From positions 1-45,138 of the forward strand of contig JAYQLI010000047.1 of the NCBI GenBank assembly GCA_038143065.1: DNA of 45,138 nt, read 5' to 3'. The position numbers were made by a program, and so were the translations under genes. The stretch's first letter is position 1, and the number at the start of each line of letters is the position of its first letter. Origin of the DNA: Rhodospirillales bacterium (lineage in GTDB: Bacteria; Pseudomonadota; Alphaproteobacteria; Bin95). The notes under the pieces were generated by a model. That model saw only the letters and a program-made list of their open reading frames with translations, searched no databases and was not told the origin of the DNA. This document shows positions 20,487 to 33,177 of this stretch, piece by piece.

Positions 20487-22955
20487 GATTGCACGACCTT
20501 TTCACGACTTTTGGAAAACAGAGCAACTGAGGCAAGAATTAAAAATCAAGGAGATACTGCTGCCATTCTTGGCTCAGACGCAAGAAGACAGTCACTGAAC
20601 TGACTTGAGTTATAAATATTGCCCCAAGCAAACTTCCGACAAAAGATCCACGACCGCCGAACAAGCTTGCCCCACCGATCACAACTGCTGCGATTGAACC
20701 CAACGTATAACTTAACCCAGCTCGTGGATCACCGACGCCGACCTGGGCAAACATGGTGATCGCGGCTATACCAGCGAAGACAGAACATCCAACATAGCCG
20801 ATTAAGCGCGTCATTACAGGCCTTACACCTGCTGTACGTGCCGCCTCTTGCAGTGATCCAAGTCCACGCATAGTGCAAGACCCAGTCCCTTACGATAGAG
20901 GATAAATTCCATCAGTAAGGCTATCAAAACAGCACCAATAAATGTGACAGGGAATATTCCAACCTTAGTATTTATTACCTCCATAACTGGCCAATCTAGC
21001 ATGCCTTTTGGCACTGGTCTTAGGAGCAAAGATACGGCCTGAACCGACATGTATGTTGCCAACGTTGCGACCATTGGGTGTAAGCGCAAGCCTTCTACTA
21101 GAAACCAATTTACCAATCCCACAACCATCGCAACGATAAATACCAGTGCCCATCCAGTCATGTGCGACGCAATCCCCTGCATCCGATAAAATAAAGAATG
21201 AGGCAACCACTTGCACCAAGCCCATCGTTGGTCCTACAGAAAGGTCGATCCCACTAACAAGCATTAGAAATTGCTGTCCATAGGCAACAAATGCCAGTGT
21301 CGCAGCCAGCGTCATCATATTTGAAAGGCTTCTTGTTGATAAATAGAATGGGTTCCATGCCCCTGCCACAGCACCCAATAGGATAATCGCAGTTGCAACC
21401 ATAATGAGAGGGGCGGTATTCCCAGCAGCCCATTTCCAAAAAGCACCAATTGATCTGTCGTGCTTATCTCGCTGTTGGGTCGACTTCAGGACGGCAGAGG
21501 TGATATTATCCTCGGTAACCCTATCATCAGATAGCATTTCAACAACACGCCCACGCGAAAAAATAGCAACATTATCTGACAATCCAGCCACTTCCTGCTG
21601 ATCAGATTATACCTAAATGACTGGATCACGAGAACGAGCTGCATCACCTATATCTTTATAAATCTCTGCCCTTGCACCCACGTCGACACCTTGTGTCGGT
21701 TCATCTACCAAAAGAACTTTAGGCTTCATCGCTAGAACACTCGATAAAACAACCTTTTGTTGGTTACCACCAGAGAGCGATTGGATAGGTGTCTCACCAT
21801 TCGGCGTTTTGACCGAAAACTGCTGGATCGCTTTTGAGGTACGTTGACCTTCTGCACTATGACTCACTAAACCAAAAATGAGTCATCTTGTATGCTTCGA
21901 ATTGAAAAGTTTTCTCGAACAGAAAGTTCTGGAAAAATCCCTTCGCGATGCCGGTCGCCAGGTAAATAACTAATACCAATTTTTTTTGCTGCTTGGCTTG
22001 TTTTGATTTGAATTTCTCTATCGTTAAGTGTCACAACACCTCGCCCACGATAGATCCCAGCGAGCGCACGCATGAATTCTCTCTGCCCATTGGCATCAAT
22101 TCCCGCAAGGCCTAAAATTTCCCCAGACCGCACCTGCAATGAAACATCACTAAAACCTGGACCCGAATAATCTTTAGTAGAGAGAACTATTTCTCTGTCT
22201 TGCTTCCTACTTTTGCAGGGAACGTTTGATCTAGGTCACCGCCGACAATCAAGGACACGATTTGATCTTCATCAAGTTCTGTTGCGTCGAATGTTCCCTG
22301 CCCCTCACCATCTCTTAACACCGTTAAGCGATCTGAGATAGCCTGAACCTCCCGAATTCTATGAGAAATGTATACTACGGCAGCACCACGGGCAGCCACT
22401 TCACGCACGCGTCCAAATAAACGCTCCACATCATCGGAGGCTAGGTGCTCTGTTGGTTCATCCAAGACAAGAACCTTAGGATCACATTCCAATGCTTTCA
22501 CAATTTCAACTATAAAACGCTGCTCAGGGTTTAAAAATTGCAATGGGATCACTTGGATCGATCGAAACATCAGAACTCCAATGAGACAGAAGGCCCTGTG
22601 CCCATTCATTTAAACCTGAAAGCGACGGACGCCGTAACTTTGGCAAACCAAGATATAAGTTTTCGGCGACAGATAGATCAGGCATCAGCGCAGGTTCTTG
22701 TCGCACAATTGCAAGACCCAAATCACGTGCAAAATCAGGATCTGCTGCAATCATTTTTCCGTCTATTTTCACATGACCTTCAGTCGCGACCAATGCACCC
22801 GAGGCCCACCCACTCTGTAGACTTACCAGCACCATTTTCTCCAACAAGCCCGTGCACTTCGCCAGCACGTACATCAAATAATGTCATGCAGCGCACGCAC
22901 CGGGGAAATGCTTAGAGACGCCGTCCATCTCAAGAAGCAATTTGGTTGCTGACAT
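20483..22955 (-). CDS. Fused sugar ABC ATP-binding protein (two NBDs) + permease, multiply frameshifted
   Basis: [19 protein letters not shown], a Walker A region, [16 protein letters not shown] and [15 protein letters not shown] 20965-21591 runs in one frame from the NBD tail (FSRGRVV) into the permease (GIDLSVG). [16 protein letters not shown] is also present. Confidence 0.8.
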
Positions 22956-23368
22956 CTAAATTTTCCTCCCAAAAGAATTGAAATTATCAAATTTCAACAA
23001 ATAATACTATGACAATTCTCTTTTTACTGAAGCTATTTGTCAATATAATATATCAAACAAAATGGAATTTTTGATCATTGCCCATCAGAACATCTGCCTC
23101 AACGGCAAATTAATGATCATTAAATTGTCAATAAAAATGCGAAAAATTGCAACTCCAAAAAAATACTTGGATATAATTTTTACTTCGATATAATCTAATT
23201 GATTTGGTACTGTTTAATTATTGATTTGTAAAATAAACTGAACCGAAAGGAAGGTTAGCAGCACAGTTACAGACTGACAAAGTTATCACGAGTGGCTCGG
23301 TGCAGCTGTCCAAGAATTTGCAATAAACCTGCTTCGCCGGTTCGCTGCGGCAAACTTCAGGTTTTAAT

Positions 23369-25087
23369 ATGGAGAAAATAATGACACGCGAAGAAGTAGA
23401 TGTTCTCGTTGTAGGTTCAGGAGCTGGTGGACTTTCTTCAGCAGTATGCGCTGCACACCGAGGACTAAAGGTCATCGTTGCTGAAAAGGAACCGGTTTTT
23501 GGCGGAACCACTGCACGATCAGGTGGCTGGAGTTGGATCCCAAACAACGGGCCTGCGAAACGCGCTGGCGTTGATGACAGCGTGGAAAAAGCGCGGATAT
23601 ACATGCAACATGAAGCAGGAGAGCATTTCGATGCTCCGCGTGTTGATGCATTTTTAGAGGCCGGGCCAAAAGCAGTTGAGTTCTTTGAAAACAACACCTC
23701 GTTACAATTCGACCTTGGTCCAACATTTGCTGATTATCACCCAACTGCCCCTGGCGGCATGGACGCGGGCCGTTCGATAGTAGCGCGCCCTTTTGATGGT
23801 CGCGAACTAGGGAAAGAAATAAAACGATTGCGTCCACCTCTATGGGAGATCACGGTGCTTGGCATGATGATCGGGTCTGGTAAAGAGTTGCTGCATTTCT
23901 TTAACGTGACCCGCTCTATCATTTCTGCATTTTTTGTGACTGGTCTGGTAGCAAAATTTGCGAGGGATGTAACATTTCATGGCCGTGCAATGCGGTTAAT
24001 GAATGGTAATGCATTAATAGCACGACTTGCAAAATCAGCGTTTGATCAGAATGTCCCAATTTGGACGTCTTCGCCTGTAAAATCACTTCTACGAAATGAT
24101 AACAAAGAAGTCATCGGAGCAATTATCAATCGACCTAGCGGACCCGTGGAAGTGATCGCCCGAAAGGGCGTGGTCTTAGCTGCAGGTGGGTTTCCTCAAG
24201 ACCCTGTACGCCGGAAAGAGCTAATGCCTCACGCACCCTCTGGTCATGAACATGTTTCTCCTGCACCGCCCGGAAATACTGGTGATGGCTTACGGTTAGG
24301 AGAATCAGTGGGTGCAACTGTAAACACAGAACTTCCGCACTCAGCTGCTTGGGTACCGATTTCACGGCCACCACGCGGTGACGGCACACTTGGAACATTT
24401 CCGCATTTCGTCGACCGTTCAAAACCAGGTGTCATTGCTGTTACGCGTTCGGGCAAGCGATTTGTAAATGAAGCACAAAGTTACCACGACTTCTGCCAAG
24501 CCATGGTTAAAACATGTCGTGATGAAGATGGTCCAGAAGCAGAAATCGCTGCGTGGTTTGTCGCAGATCACAAGACATTCCGCAAATATGGCCTCGGCTA
24601 CGCAAAGCCAACACCTGTGCCTTATAAGAGCTTGATAAAGAGCGGTTACCTTATTCAAGGAAAAACAATTAAAGATCTTGCTCATCAAATCGGTGCGGAC
24701 CCCAAGCAAATGGTTGAGACTGTAAATGAGTTCAACAAACATGCGATCCGCGGAGAAGATCCACAATATGGTAAAGGATCCACCTCGTATAACCGCTCTC
24801 TAGGAGACCCCGATCATAAGCCAAATCCTTGTGTTGCTCCCTTAAAAAAAGGGCCTTTCTATGCAGTGCGACTGTACGTTGGTGATCTCGGTACGTTCGC
24901 AGGTCTTAAAACCAACGAATACGCGCAAGTGTTGAATGAAGATGGTACACCAATAAATGGCCTTTACTCAGCTGGGAATGATGCTTCAATCATGGGTGGT
25001 AATTACCCAGGGGGCGGCATAACCTTGGGACCCGCATTAACATTTGGATACATCGCAGCAAGGCACATGTCGGGCGCAAATCAATGA
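23369..25087 (+). CDS. FAD-dependent oxidoreductase, 3-ketosteroid-delta1-dehydrogenase / flavocytochrome c family
   Basis: VLVVGSGAGG, GGTTARSGGWSWIP, VVLAAGGF, GNTGDG, GKRFVNE, GPFYAV and YPGGGITLGPALTFGY. Confidence 0.88.
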   Translation: MEKIMTREEVDVLVVGSGAGGLSSAVCAAHRGLKVIVAEKEPVFGGTTARSGGWSWIPNNGPAKRAGVDDSVEKARIYMQHEAGEHFDAPRVDAFLEAGPKAVEFFENNTSLQFDLGPTFADYHPTAPGGMDAGRSIVARPFDGRELGKEIKRLRPPLWEITVLGMMIGSGKELLHFFNVTRSIISAFFVTGLVAKFARDVTFHGRAMRLMNGNALIARLAKSAFDQNVPIWTSSPVKSLLRNDNKEVIGAIINRPSGPVEVIARKGVVLAAGGFPQDPVRRKELMPHAPSGHEHVSPAPPGNTGDGLRLGESVGATVNTELPHSAAWVPISRPPRGDGTLGTFPHFVDRSKPGVIAVTRSGKRFVNEAQSYHDFCQAMVKTCRDEDGPEAEIAAWFVADHKTFRKYGLGYAKPTPVPYKSLIKSGYLIQGKTIKDLAHQIGADPKQMVETVNEFNKHAIRGEDPQYGKGSTSYNRSLGDPDHKPNPCVAPLKKGPFYAVRLYVGDLGTFAGLKTNEYAQVLNEDGTPINGLYSAGNDASIMGGNYPGGGITLGPALTFGYIAARHMSGANQ

Positions 25088-25108
25088 CATAGTGATGTTG
25101 AAAAAAAC

Positions 25109-25144
25109 AAAAAATCCCGTCAGTTCAATCTAACGGGTTTTTTT
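25109..25144. terminator. Probable bidirectional intrinsic terminator
   Basis: An A-run, imperfect stem CCCGTCAG...CTAACGGG and a T-run, between convergent genes. Confidence 0.65.
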
Positions 25145-25154
25145 ATTTCAATAA

Positions 25155-25406
25155 TTAGCCGCCTTTAAGGCGCTGCATCAGAAATATTTCGTCACCTTCA
25201 TTGATCTCATGAAAGCGTGCTCCATTGAAAATCTCTCCATTTATTGAAACAGATACACCTGAGTCTATTATTGGCCCTAGCCCGGGGTACGCATTTTCCA
25301 GGGCAACGAGCATCTGTCCAATCGTTGTTGCTTCAATGCTCACTTTTTCGCAACCATCAGTCAAACGACGCAACCCAGACCATAAGTGAACTTCAATTAA
25401 TGGCAC
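25155..25406 (-). CDS. MoaD/ThiS-family sulfur carrier
   Basis: 83 aa with a ubiquitin-like pattern (VSVSING, GDEI) and C-terminal Gly-Gly. Confidence 0.85.
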   Translation of the reverse strand: MPLIEVHLWSGLRRLTDGCEKVSIEATTIGQMLVALENAYPGLGPIIDSGVSVSINGEIFNGARFHEINEGDEIFLMQRLKGG

Positions 25407-25408
25407 AT

Positions 25409-27648
25409 CTAGCTCCCGGTCGAATTAACCGCTTTTAGCACCTTTTCAGGGGTGATCGGTAAATGACGAACACGAGCTCCGACCGCCGAATGCACCGCAC
25501 TAGCAATCGCAGGCAAAGGCGGTGTTATACCATTTCTCCCCACCACGCACACCATAAGGATGTCCTGGGTTTGGCACCTCAACGATCACGGTTTCAATCA
25601 TTGGCAGGTCAGACGCCAAAGGTATACGGTAATCCAAGAAGGCAGGGTTTTGTAAGCGCCCATCTTGTCCGTATACATACTCTTCGTTCAACGCCCAACC
25701 AATACCTTGTACCGCACCACCTTGAAATTGGCCCTCAACATAAGATGGATGGATCGCGCGCCCCGCGTCTTGTGCGACTAAATAGCGTAGTATTTTTTAC
25801 TCTACCAGTTTCAGGGTCGACTTCTACATCAACCACATGCGCACCGAAGCTTGCGCCAACCCCCTCTGGCAACGATTCATGGTGTCCGGAGATGGGCCCC
25901 CCTGTTTGCCCCATCTTACCGGCAATTTCTGCAATTGACATAGGAGGAAATTTACCTGCGTTAGGTCCCGCTGGTTGTACTGCGCCATCAACCCACTCGA
26001 CAGCATCTTGATCAATGCCCCACTCAAGCGCAACTCGACGACACATTTCCGCGATGGCCTGATCTGCGGCTATAATTGCCGCTTTTCCGCTTGCAAAAGT
26101 TGCCCTACTGCCATGAGTTGGTTCATTAATACCAAGCGAGCCAGTTTCGGCCACGTTCACACGAACATCTTCGTAGCGAACCCCTAAACGCTCAGCAACC
26201 ATCAGACACAACGAAGCTCTACTACCGCCCACATCTGGTGTGCCGACCGAAACCTGCACGGTTCCATCCTCAGAAATTGCCATGGAAACGGATGTTTCAC
26301 CATTGTGGTTAAACCAATATCCGGTGGCAATTCCACGTCCTTGGTTCACCCCTAGCGGAACAGACATGTTAGGATGGCCGCTAATCGCCTCAAGAACTTC
26401 CACCAAACCAATAGATCCAAATGTGGGACCATAACTTGCCACGTCACCTTCGCGAACAGCGTTTTTAAGTCTAACCCTGCAGTGGATCTAGGTTTAATTC
26501 GCGACACAACTCGTCAATCAGACTTTCCACTGCAAAAGCCCCCATTGGTGAACCAGGCGCACGATACGCAGCACATTTTGGCCGATTAGCTAAAACATCA
26601 TAGCCGACATGTTGAACAGCTGGTAATTTGTAAGGTGCAAAACAACAGTATAGCGCCATATCGACTGGTGCTCCCGGAAAGGCTCCGCCTTGCATTCGAA
26701 ACTCTGCGCGGGCGAGAGTTATACTTCCATCTTTTTTCATGCCAATCTTCACATCCAGCGACCCAGACGCTGTTGGTCCAGTAGCGCGAAAGACATCTGC
26801 TCGGCTCATGACAATTTTGACAGGACGCCCACTAGCTTTACGCGACAAAGCTAACGATAACGGCTCCATAAAAACGGTTGTTTTTCCGCCAAAGCCACCA
26901 ATTTCTGACGGTGTTACGCGTAACTGTGATGTTTCCACTCCCAATACAGCCGTACACATACGCCGAATAAACCATTGGCCTTGTGTACAAACCCACATTT
27001 CGCCCTTTCCATCTTCGCCAAGTTGGCCAACGCAGGCATGCGGTTCAATATATCCCTGATGCGTTGCTTCAGTTTTATAGTTACGTTCTAAAACCAAATC
27101 AGCGCTTGCAAAACCAGAGGCCAAATCACCGGTTCCAAATTCCATATAACGTGCCACGTTTCCAGGCATCCCATCGGGAACTGTTGCGTCTGCGACATTT
27201 TCACGAATAACAGGGGCATCTGGTTTGATCGCATCATCGACATCAATTACATGTGGCAATACTTCATATTCAACTTCGATAAGACGCGCAGCATTTTCTG
27301 CAATTAATTTGGACGTCGCAGCAACAGCGGCAACGGCATGACCGTCGTAAAGTGCTTTTCACCTGCAATTGTGTTTTCTTGCAAGTTCCAATCTTCACCA
27401 ACCAATCCTGTTGGAAAGTCAGCTCTTGTCACAATCGACTTTACACCCTCTAGCGCTTCAGCTTTTGAAGTATCGATCTTCACGATCCGCGCGTGCGCAT
27501 GAGGAGAGCGGACGACAGCACCAAACAACATCCCTGGCAACGAAAAATCTGCGCCATATCGAGCACGACCAGTTACTTTGTCTAAACCATCAGGACGGTT
27601 TGGGCGCGTACCTACTAACTTAAAGGTATTCACTTCATCTTTTGCCAT
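25409..27648 (-). CDS. Xanthine-dehydrogenase-family molybdopterin-binding large subunit, frameshifted in several places
   Basis: RPDGLDKVTGRARY, RSPHAHA, HQGYIEPH, IGG(G)FGGK, AYRAPG, VEVDPETG and FLDYRIP. Confidence 0.9.
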
Positions 27649-28127
27649 TATGCAGCCCCCTTGATTTCAGACGCCGCATCTAATACCGCGCGAATGATTT
27701 TGTCGTACCCAGTACAGCGACACAAGTTCCCAGCCAGCCAATATCTGACTTGCTCTTCGGACGGATTAGGATTTTCATCTAGTAAATTTTTAGCTGCTAC
27801 CAAAATTCCAGGAGTGCAAAACCCACACTGCAAAGCAGCATGTTCGATAAATTTCCGCTGCAAAGGATGCAACTTATCACCGTCTGCCATACCTTCGATG
27901 GTACAGACAGATTTACCATTCGCTTCTAAACCCAAAACCAGACAAGAACACACCAATGTGCCGTCAAGTTCGACAGAACACGCACCACAATCACCCGTCC
28001 CACAGCCTTCTTTTGTACCTGTAAGATCAGCATGATCACGCAAACAATCCAACAAAGTTTCTTGTGAATCTGCCAAAAATTCCACTGGATCACCGTTTAT
28101 CGTTGTTTGGACATGAATTTTTTTCAT
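27648..28127 (-). CDS. Mo-hydroxylase [2Fe-2S] small subunit
   Basis: GTKEGCGTGDCGAC, QCGFCTPG and GNLCRCTGY. Confidence 0.95.
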   Translation of the reverse strand: MKKIHVQTTINGDPVEFLADSQETLLDCLRDHADLTGTKEGCGTGDCGACSVELDGTLVCSCLVLGLEANGKSVCTIEGMADGDKLHPLQRKFIEHAALQCGFCTPGILVAAKNLLDENPNPSEEQVRYWLAGNLCRCTGYDKIIRAVLDAASEIKGAA

Positions 28128-28990
28128 CTACTGTCTCCCTTTGCCCGCGAATATGCAAGTTGGGCTGCACGCTTGGCCAACACTCCAATAAGCTCGGTGC
28201 GATATTCTGCGCTTGCTCTCTTGTCATCAATTGGTTTGCTTACCTGTCGAACTACTGACATGAGTTTATCGATGGTATCTTCATCCAATGATGTTCCGAC
28301 AATCGCATCTGCCGCATCTGGCACCAAAATAGCGGTAGGAGCTACAGCGCCGAGCACTACACGTGCCTCAGATATCTTATTTTCACTTAACCGGAGGTTA
28401 ACTGCACAACCCACAACAGCAATATCCATCTCAGTGCGTGGAATAAAGCGGAGGTACGCATCGCCTGCATCTGCACCGCGGTTAGGGATATGAATTGCTG
28501 AAATTACTTCACCTTTTTCCAGTGACGTTTTTCCAGGGCCAACCGGTATGTTTTCAATCGCGATATCACGCGAGCCGTTTAGTTCTGTTATTGTAGCTGA
28601 TGCTCCAGCAGCAATCAGGCCAGGGACACTATCTGCAGCTGGTGATCCATTGCACAGATTTCCAACTAATGTAGCACGCCCTTGTATTTGGGTAGAACCA
28701 ACGACTTCCATTCCTTCAACTACGCCTGGCCAGTCTGCAGAAAGCTTCGAATGCTTTCCTAGTTGAGCTCCTGGGACAGCAGCTCCAATTGTCCAACTCC
28801 CATCAGGATTATTAGTGATATCATACACGCCAGATATATTCTTGATATCAATCAGATCGTCCGGCATCACAGCACCAGATCGTAGTTGCACAAGCACATC
28901 CGTACCACCGGCTAGAAACCGCGTTACTCCTGAAGCTTGAAAAGAAAGGCGTGCAGCCTCTTCGAAAGATGTTGCAGAGTGATATCGCAT
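28124..28990 (-). CDS. Mo-hydroxylase FAD-binding medium subunit
   Basis: LAGGTDV, QIQGRATLVGNLCNGSPAAD, GAVAPT and PIDDKRASAEYR. Confidence 0.95.
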   Translation of the reverse strand: MRYHSATSFEEAARLSFQASGVTRFLAGGTDVLVQLRSGAVMPDDLIDIKNISGVYDITNNPDGSWTIGAAVPGAQLGKHSKLSADWPGVVEGMEVVGSTQIQGRATLVGNLCNGSPAADSVPGLIAAGASATITELNGSRDIAIENIPVGPGKTSLEKGEVISAIHIPNRGADAGDAYLRFIPRTEMDIAVVGCAVNLRLSENKISEARVVLGAVAPTAILVPDAADAIVGTSLDEDTIDKLMSVVRQVSKPIDDKRASAEYRTELIGVLAKRAAQLAYSRAKGDSR

Positions 28991-29158
28991 TTCTCTCCTG
29001 TTCCTAAGTAAAAATTTTTTATGATTAACAATAGTAGTAATGTACTAGAACTTTGTGAATCAAATTCTGAATGCACGCTCTCATTGTAAATGAGGCTGAC
29101 CCAACCAATTCTTTGAGGTCAGGTCAGCACTTCATTGCCAAATTTGAAGCTGTACAGC

Positions 29159-30253
29159 CTAGTTAAACAATGCAAACAGTTTTTCTTCATCCATCAAGGA
29201 AGACAAATCGGCATCGGGAGGTGCAATATCAGAGCACTTAGGGGTCACACCTGTCACACTATCTGCATAAACGTAGGGCACAACACCGAGTGGTTCGTTG
29301 AACTCGATATCATTGTGAGCAGCGAGCGCTTGACGAAGAGCGAAGCGTACATCGCCGGTTGAACCATCAACCGCAAGATATTTCCAGGCGGTGCCGTTTT
29401 CAACTGCAGCATTATACATACAGTTTAGCTCATTACTGGTTGCGATTGTAGCGATAGCAGGGACTTTCACGCCCGCTTGCTGGAATGCCTTGATAGTTGC
29501 TAACGATGTAACGCCATAATCTGATGCAATAGCATCGATCGTATCACCATATTTTGCTATCAAACCTGCCGCTGCTTTTTGTGCATCTGCTGGGTTCCAG
29601 TTCATCGCAATGAAATTGTCGTCTAATAAGTTCAATCCCGGATATTTGGCTAAACCATTTTTAAATCCAGTCAAGAAGTCTGCTGAGGAAGCAGCACCGG
29701 CAGGCCCACCGGACATGAGGACATTTCCCTTACCTTCAAGCGCTACATTCAACCAATCAGCATATTGTTCACCAATAGCGATCGAATCTTGGTATGGATT
29801 AACTGCGTAGTCAACTCCTACTCGACCATTTAGTACGCCGAAGTATGGTACCATAGTTGTGCCATTACCATTTGCTCCTCGATATGTTGGGATGGCGGCA
29901 TCACCGAAATCAGTAAAAGCAAGAATTATCTCATAACCCTGGGTCGCAAAACCATTGATTGCTGCAGAATAGGCTTGTTGATCACCGCCCGCATCAACGT
30001 GATCAGTGACCGTAACATTGGAACACATGGAAGCCTCATCTTGAAGTTCAGCGTAAGTGATTTTCCGCCATGTATCACCACCCCAGCCATCAACAAGTGC
30101 GACACGAATTGGATCAGAACCACACAGAGGCGTAATATCTGCACCCTGGTCGACGCGAACAGTTTCTGCAAGCACAGCAGATCCCATCATCGCGATAGCA
30201 GCGCAAGTGGTTGTCAATCCAACTAATCTTTTTGTAGTTTTTCTATTGGTCAT
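29159..30253 (-). CDS. Periplasmic binding protein, type I (sugar-like), of the ABC system
   Basis: Signal peptide MTNRKTTKRLVGLTTTCAAIAMMGSAVLA-E, DGWGGDTWRK and W.PADAQKA. RBS AGGGAGGA. Confidence 0.85.
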   Translation of the reverse strand: MTNRKTTKRLVGLTTTCAAIAMMGSAVLAETVRVDQGADITPLCGSDPIRVALVDGWGGDTWRKITYAELQDEASMCSNVTVTDHVDAGGDQQAYSAAINGFATQGYEIILAFTDFGDAAIPTYRGANGNGTTMVPYFGVLNGRVGVDYAVNPYQDSIAIGEQYADWLNVALEGKGNVLMSGGPAGAASSADFLTGFKNGLAKYPGLNLLDDNFIAMNWNPADAQKAAAGLIAKYGDTIDAIASDYGVTSLATIKAFQQAGVKVPAIATIATSNELNCMYNAAVENGTAWKYLAVDGSTGDVRFALRQALAAHNDIEFNEPLGVVPYVYADSVTGVTPKCSDIAPPDADLSSLMDEEKLFALFN

Positions 30254-30328
30254 CGTATCCTCCCTAGACCTAAGTTTATTTTTTCTCAAACAGCAATTTT
30301 GAGTGTTTGAAGTTACATGCAGTTTCCG

Positions 30329-31913
30329 TCATGCAGCCGTTTTAATCATGTCAGCAGCTTTTTCTGCGATCATAATTGTTGGTGCATTGGTGTTGCCGCT
30401 TGTGAGGGTCGGCATAATAGAAGCGTCCACGACTCGTAGACCTTCTAAACCCCTAACACGCAGTTCATCATCCACGACAGCCATGTCATCGTGACCCATT
30501 TTACAGGTGCCTACTGGGTGATAAACGCTATTACAGTCTTCTTTGATATACTCATCAAGCTCAGCATCTGATTGCTTTTCAACCCCAGGCAAATACTCAT
30601 CGCCGCGAATGGCATCAAAGGCTTTTTGTGATAAAATTTCACGCGTCATTCGCAGGCCATCACGAAGAACACGCAAGTCATCTGGTACAGATAAAGTTAG
30701 GGTTCAGCTCAGGTAACTGGAATGGATCATCAGATTTTGCCATAACCGTTCCACGACTTTGCGGCCGCGAAATATTAAAAGTAAGGCATGCACCCTCGAC
30801 ATTGATGATTTCACGCCCATGATCTTTGTACATGATATTATTGAAATGCGTTTGAAGATCTGGCGCTTCAAGATCCTCGCGAGTTTTCAAAAAAGACATG
30901 ACTTCAACCCCATGTCCGGCAACTGGACCTTTCCCTGTTGTGTAATACTGGATCAAAGCAAAGGCGGCAGCATAAGGTTTAGTCTGATTCAAGAGTGAAA
31001 CAGGTTTTGACAACCCCTGCTTCACAGAACTAGCAAGGTGGTCTTGTAAATTACGACCCACACCCTTCAATTCATGAACCGTGTTCACACCAATGCTTGA
31101 AAGATGCTCTGAATCCCCGATGCCTGAAATTTGAAGCAGATGCGGAGAGTTGAATGTTCCACCTGACAAAATAACTTCTTTGTCAGCATAAATTGTTTTT
31201 TTCTGACGACCCTGTATGAACTCGACGCCAACCGCGCGCCCAGCTTTCACTAAGATCTTTGAGACCATTGATTTGGTGTAAAATGTGAGATTTTTACGTT
31301 TTTTAACTGGTGTTACGTAACATCGAGAGACACTTGAGCGAATACCGTCACGAACTGTACCATCACAGGGCCCCACACCGTACTGCTCACCCCCATTTAG
31401 GTCTTCATTGTACGGTATACCCATTTGCAAGCAGGCATCTCGATAGGCAACACAAGGCTCCGCCAAGATGTCATTGCGTGTCGTGGCCAAAGGCCCATCA
31501 AAGCCATGAACATCTTCGTCGCCTCCGCCACCCCAATTCTCTGCTCTCTTCATGTAAGGTAGAATGCTCTGGTAGTCCCAACCTTTATTGCCTAGCTGGG
31601 CCCAATTATCATAATCACTGCGGTGACCTCGCGTGTAGATCATCCCATTTACGGTTGTACATCCACCTACACTTTTAGCGCGCGGCACAAACATTACGCG
31701 ATCATTAACATGCTTTTGTGGGACAGTGTAATAGCCCCAATCCAACTGTAATGTTTGCATGAGTCTGAAGTATCCCATTGGCATGTGAATCCACGGACTT
31801 TTATCCCAATCACCTGCCTCGATTACGGCGACTTCTACGTCAGGATTTTCACTTAAACGGTTTACTAAAACACCACCGCCAGAGCCTGCTCCAACAATTA
31901 TATAATCGGGCAT
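30329..31913 (-). CDS. GMC oxidoreductase (choline/alcohol dehydrogenase-like), frameshift near 30680
   Basis: DYIIVGAGSGG, NGMIYTRG, VGRNLQDH, YHPVGTCKMG and GNTNAPTIMIAEKAAD. Confidence 0.92.
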
Positions 31914-32348
31914 ATCACCTCCCTAAACGCGAAAACTATACTCGCAACATGCTTGAACTGTAGAATCTAATGTTCCACTTTTACTAACGTTGAGTTTTTC
32001 ATTGACAAATAGCTTAGTCAATACTTAATTTGTTAAATACGAATAAATTTGTTTAAAATTTAATTCTAAAAAATCTACTTCTGTCTTGGTGGGTAATAAT
32101 CGCAAGATGGGCCTAAGATTAGCCGCTAAGGTTTCGCATTTGTGCAAATCAAGTGGCAAAAATTGAGATTTTTGGCGTAAACTAATAAATAGACTTGCCA
32201 ATGCAGTATTCTTTAATACCCTATTGATGTATCTACTGGAAAAATATCTTGTAACAATTTTTTTTATTTTTTAAGCTAATCGCTACGCATATAACGAAAT
32301 TGAACTATGGTTAGTTTTGAAGTCGTAAAATTGGGGAGTGCGGCTCAA

Positions 32349-33124
32349 ATGGCTAAAAGCACAAGAGGTATCCAATCAGTTGAAGTCAGCGGCCGTATTA
32401 TTCAAGCGCTGATTGCTTCAGGCAGACCAATGATGTTGAAAGATATGGCACGTGAAGCCGAACTCAAGCCAGCGCAATGTCACGCATACCTGACCAGCTT
32501 GAAAAATATAGGATTTGTTCACCAAGACAGCTCGACTGGACTGTATGCTGCGGGAGCTTTAGCACTTGACTCGGTGTTGGTTGGATGAAAAGCGATCCAT
32601 TGATGTCAAATTTGATAATGAAACTAAAGGCCGTAACCGAAGAGTTAGGTGTGATGTCAATAATAACTGTCTGGGGACAGTTTGGCCCCACTATCGTTCA
32701 TATTTATGCCGGCTTGACGCAAGCAGCGCTAAACCTTCGTCATGGATCTTCATTTTCGGTTACAGGTTCAGCCATAGGACATGTATTTGCGGCGCATTAC
32801 GAAGTAGACAAAGTTTCGTCGCGTATAAACGCGGAACTATCAGGCATTGGTGAAAACATTGCACTTGGAGAACAAATGTCACGCGAAAACCTCCATATCA
32901 CAATCCGAAAAATAAAAGCGAATGGTTATTCGATTGAAGAAGGCAGATTTATTCCTGGACTCAATACTGTGGCAGTACCGATATTTACAAACAATCAAAA
33001 GCTATTTGCAGTTGCGTCCTTAATCGGAACTCCCGACAAACTTTCTGTGGCGGTCAACAGTGCACCAATTAACAAAATGCTTAACCTATCTCAGTCGATA
33101 TCAAATTCTCCACAAACAGAATAG
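32349..33124 (+). CDS. IclR-family regulator 1, frameshift near 32570
   Basis: RGIQSVEV, AQCHAYLTSL, VWGQFGPTIV, TGSAIG and IPGLNTVAVPIF. Confidence 0.9.
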
Positions 33125-33177
33125 AACGATCCTTGCTTATCTTGAAAACCCCTTTTCGATATCAGGAAAAACTTTAG

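Noticed and set aside
23369-25087. kstD / steroid degradation
   Set aside because: The match is family-level only and no other steroid genes are in the window.
25409-28990. Aerobic CO dehydrogenase (coxMSL)
   Set aside because: The active-site loop is AYRAPG, not form I AYxCSFR or form II AYRGAGR, so it is a generic xanthine-dehydrogenase-family enzyme.
30329-31913. betA assignment
   Set aside because: Only general GMC motifs are present and there is no betB/betI context, so the substrate cannot be assigned.
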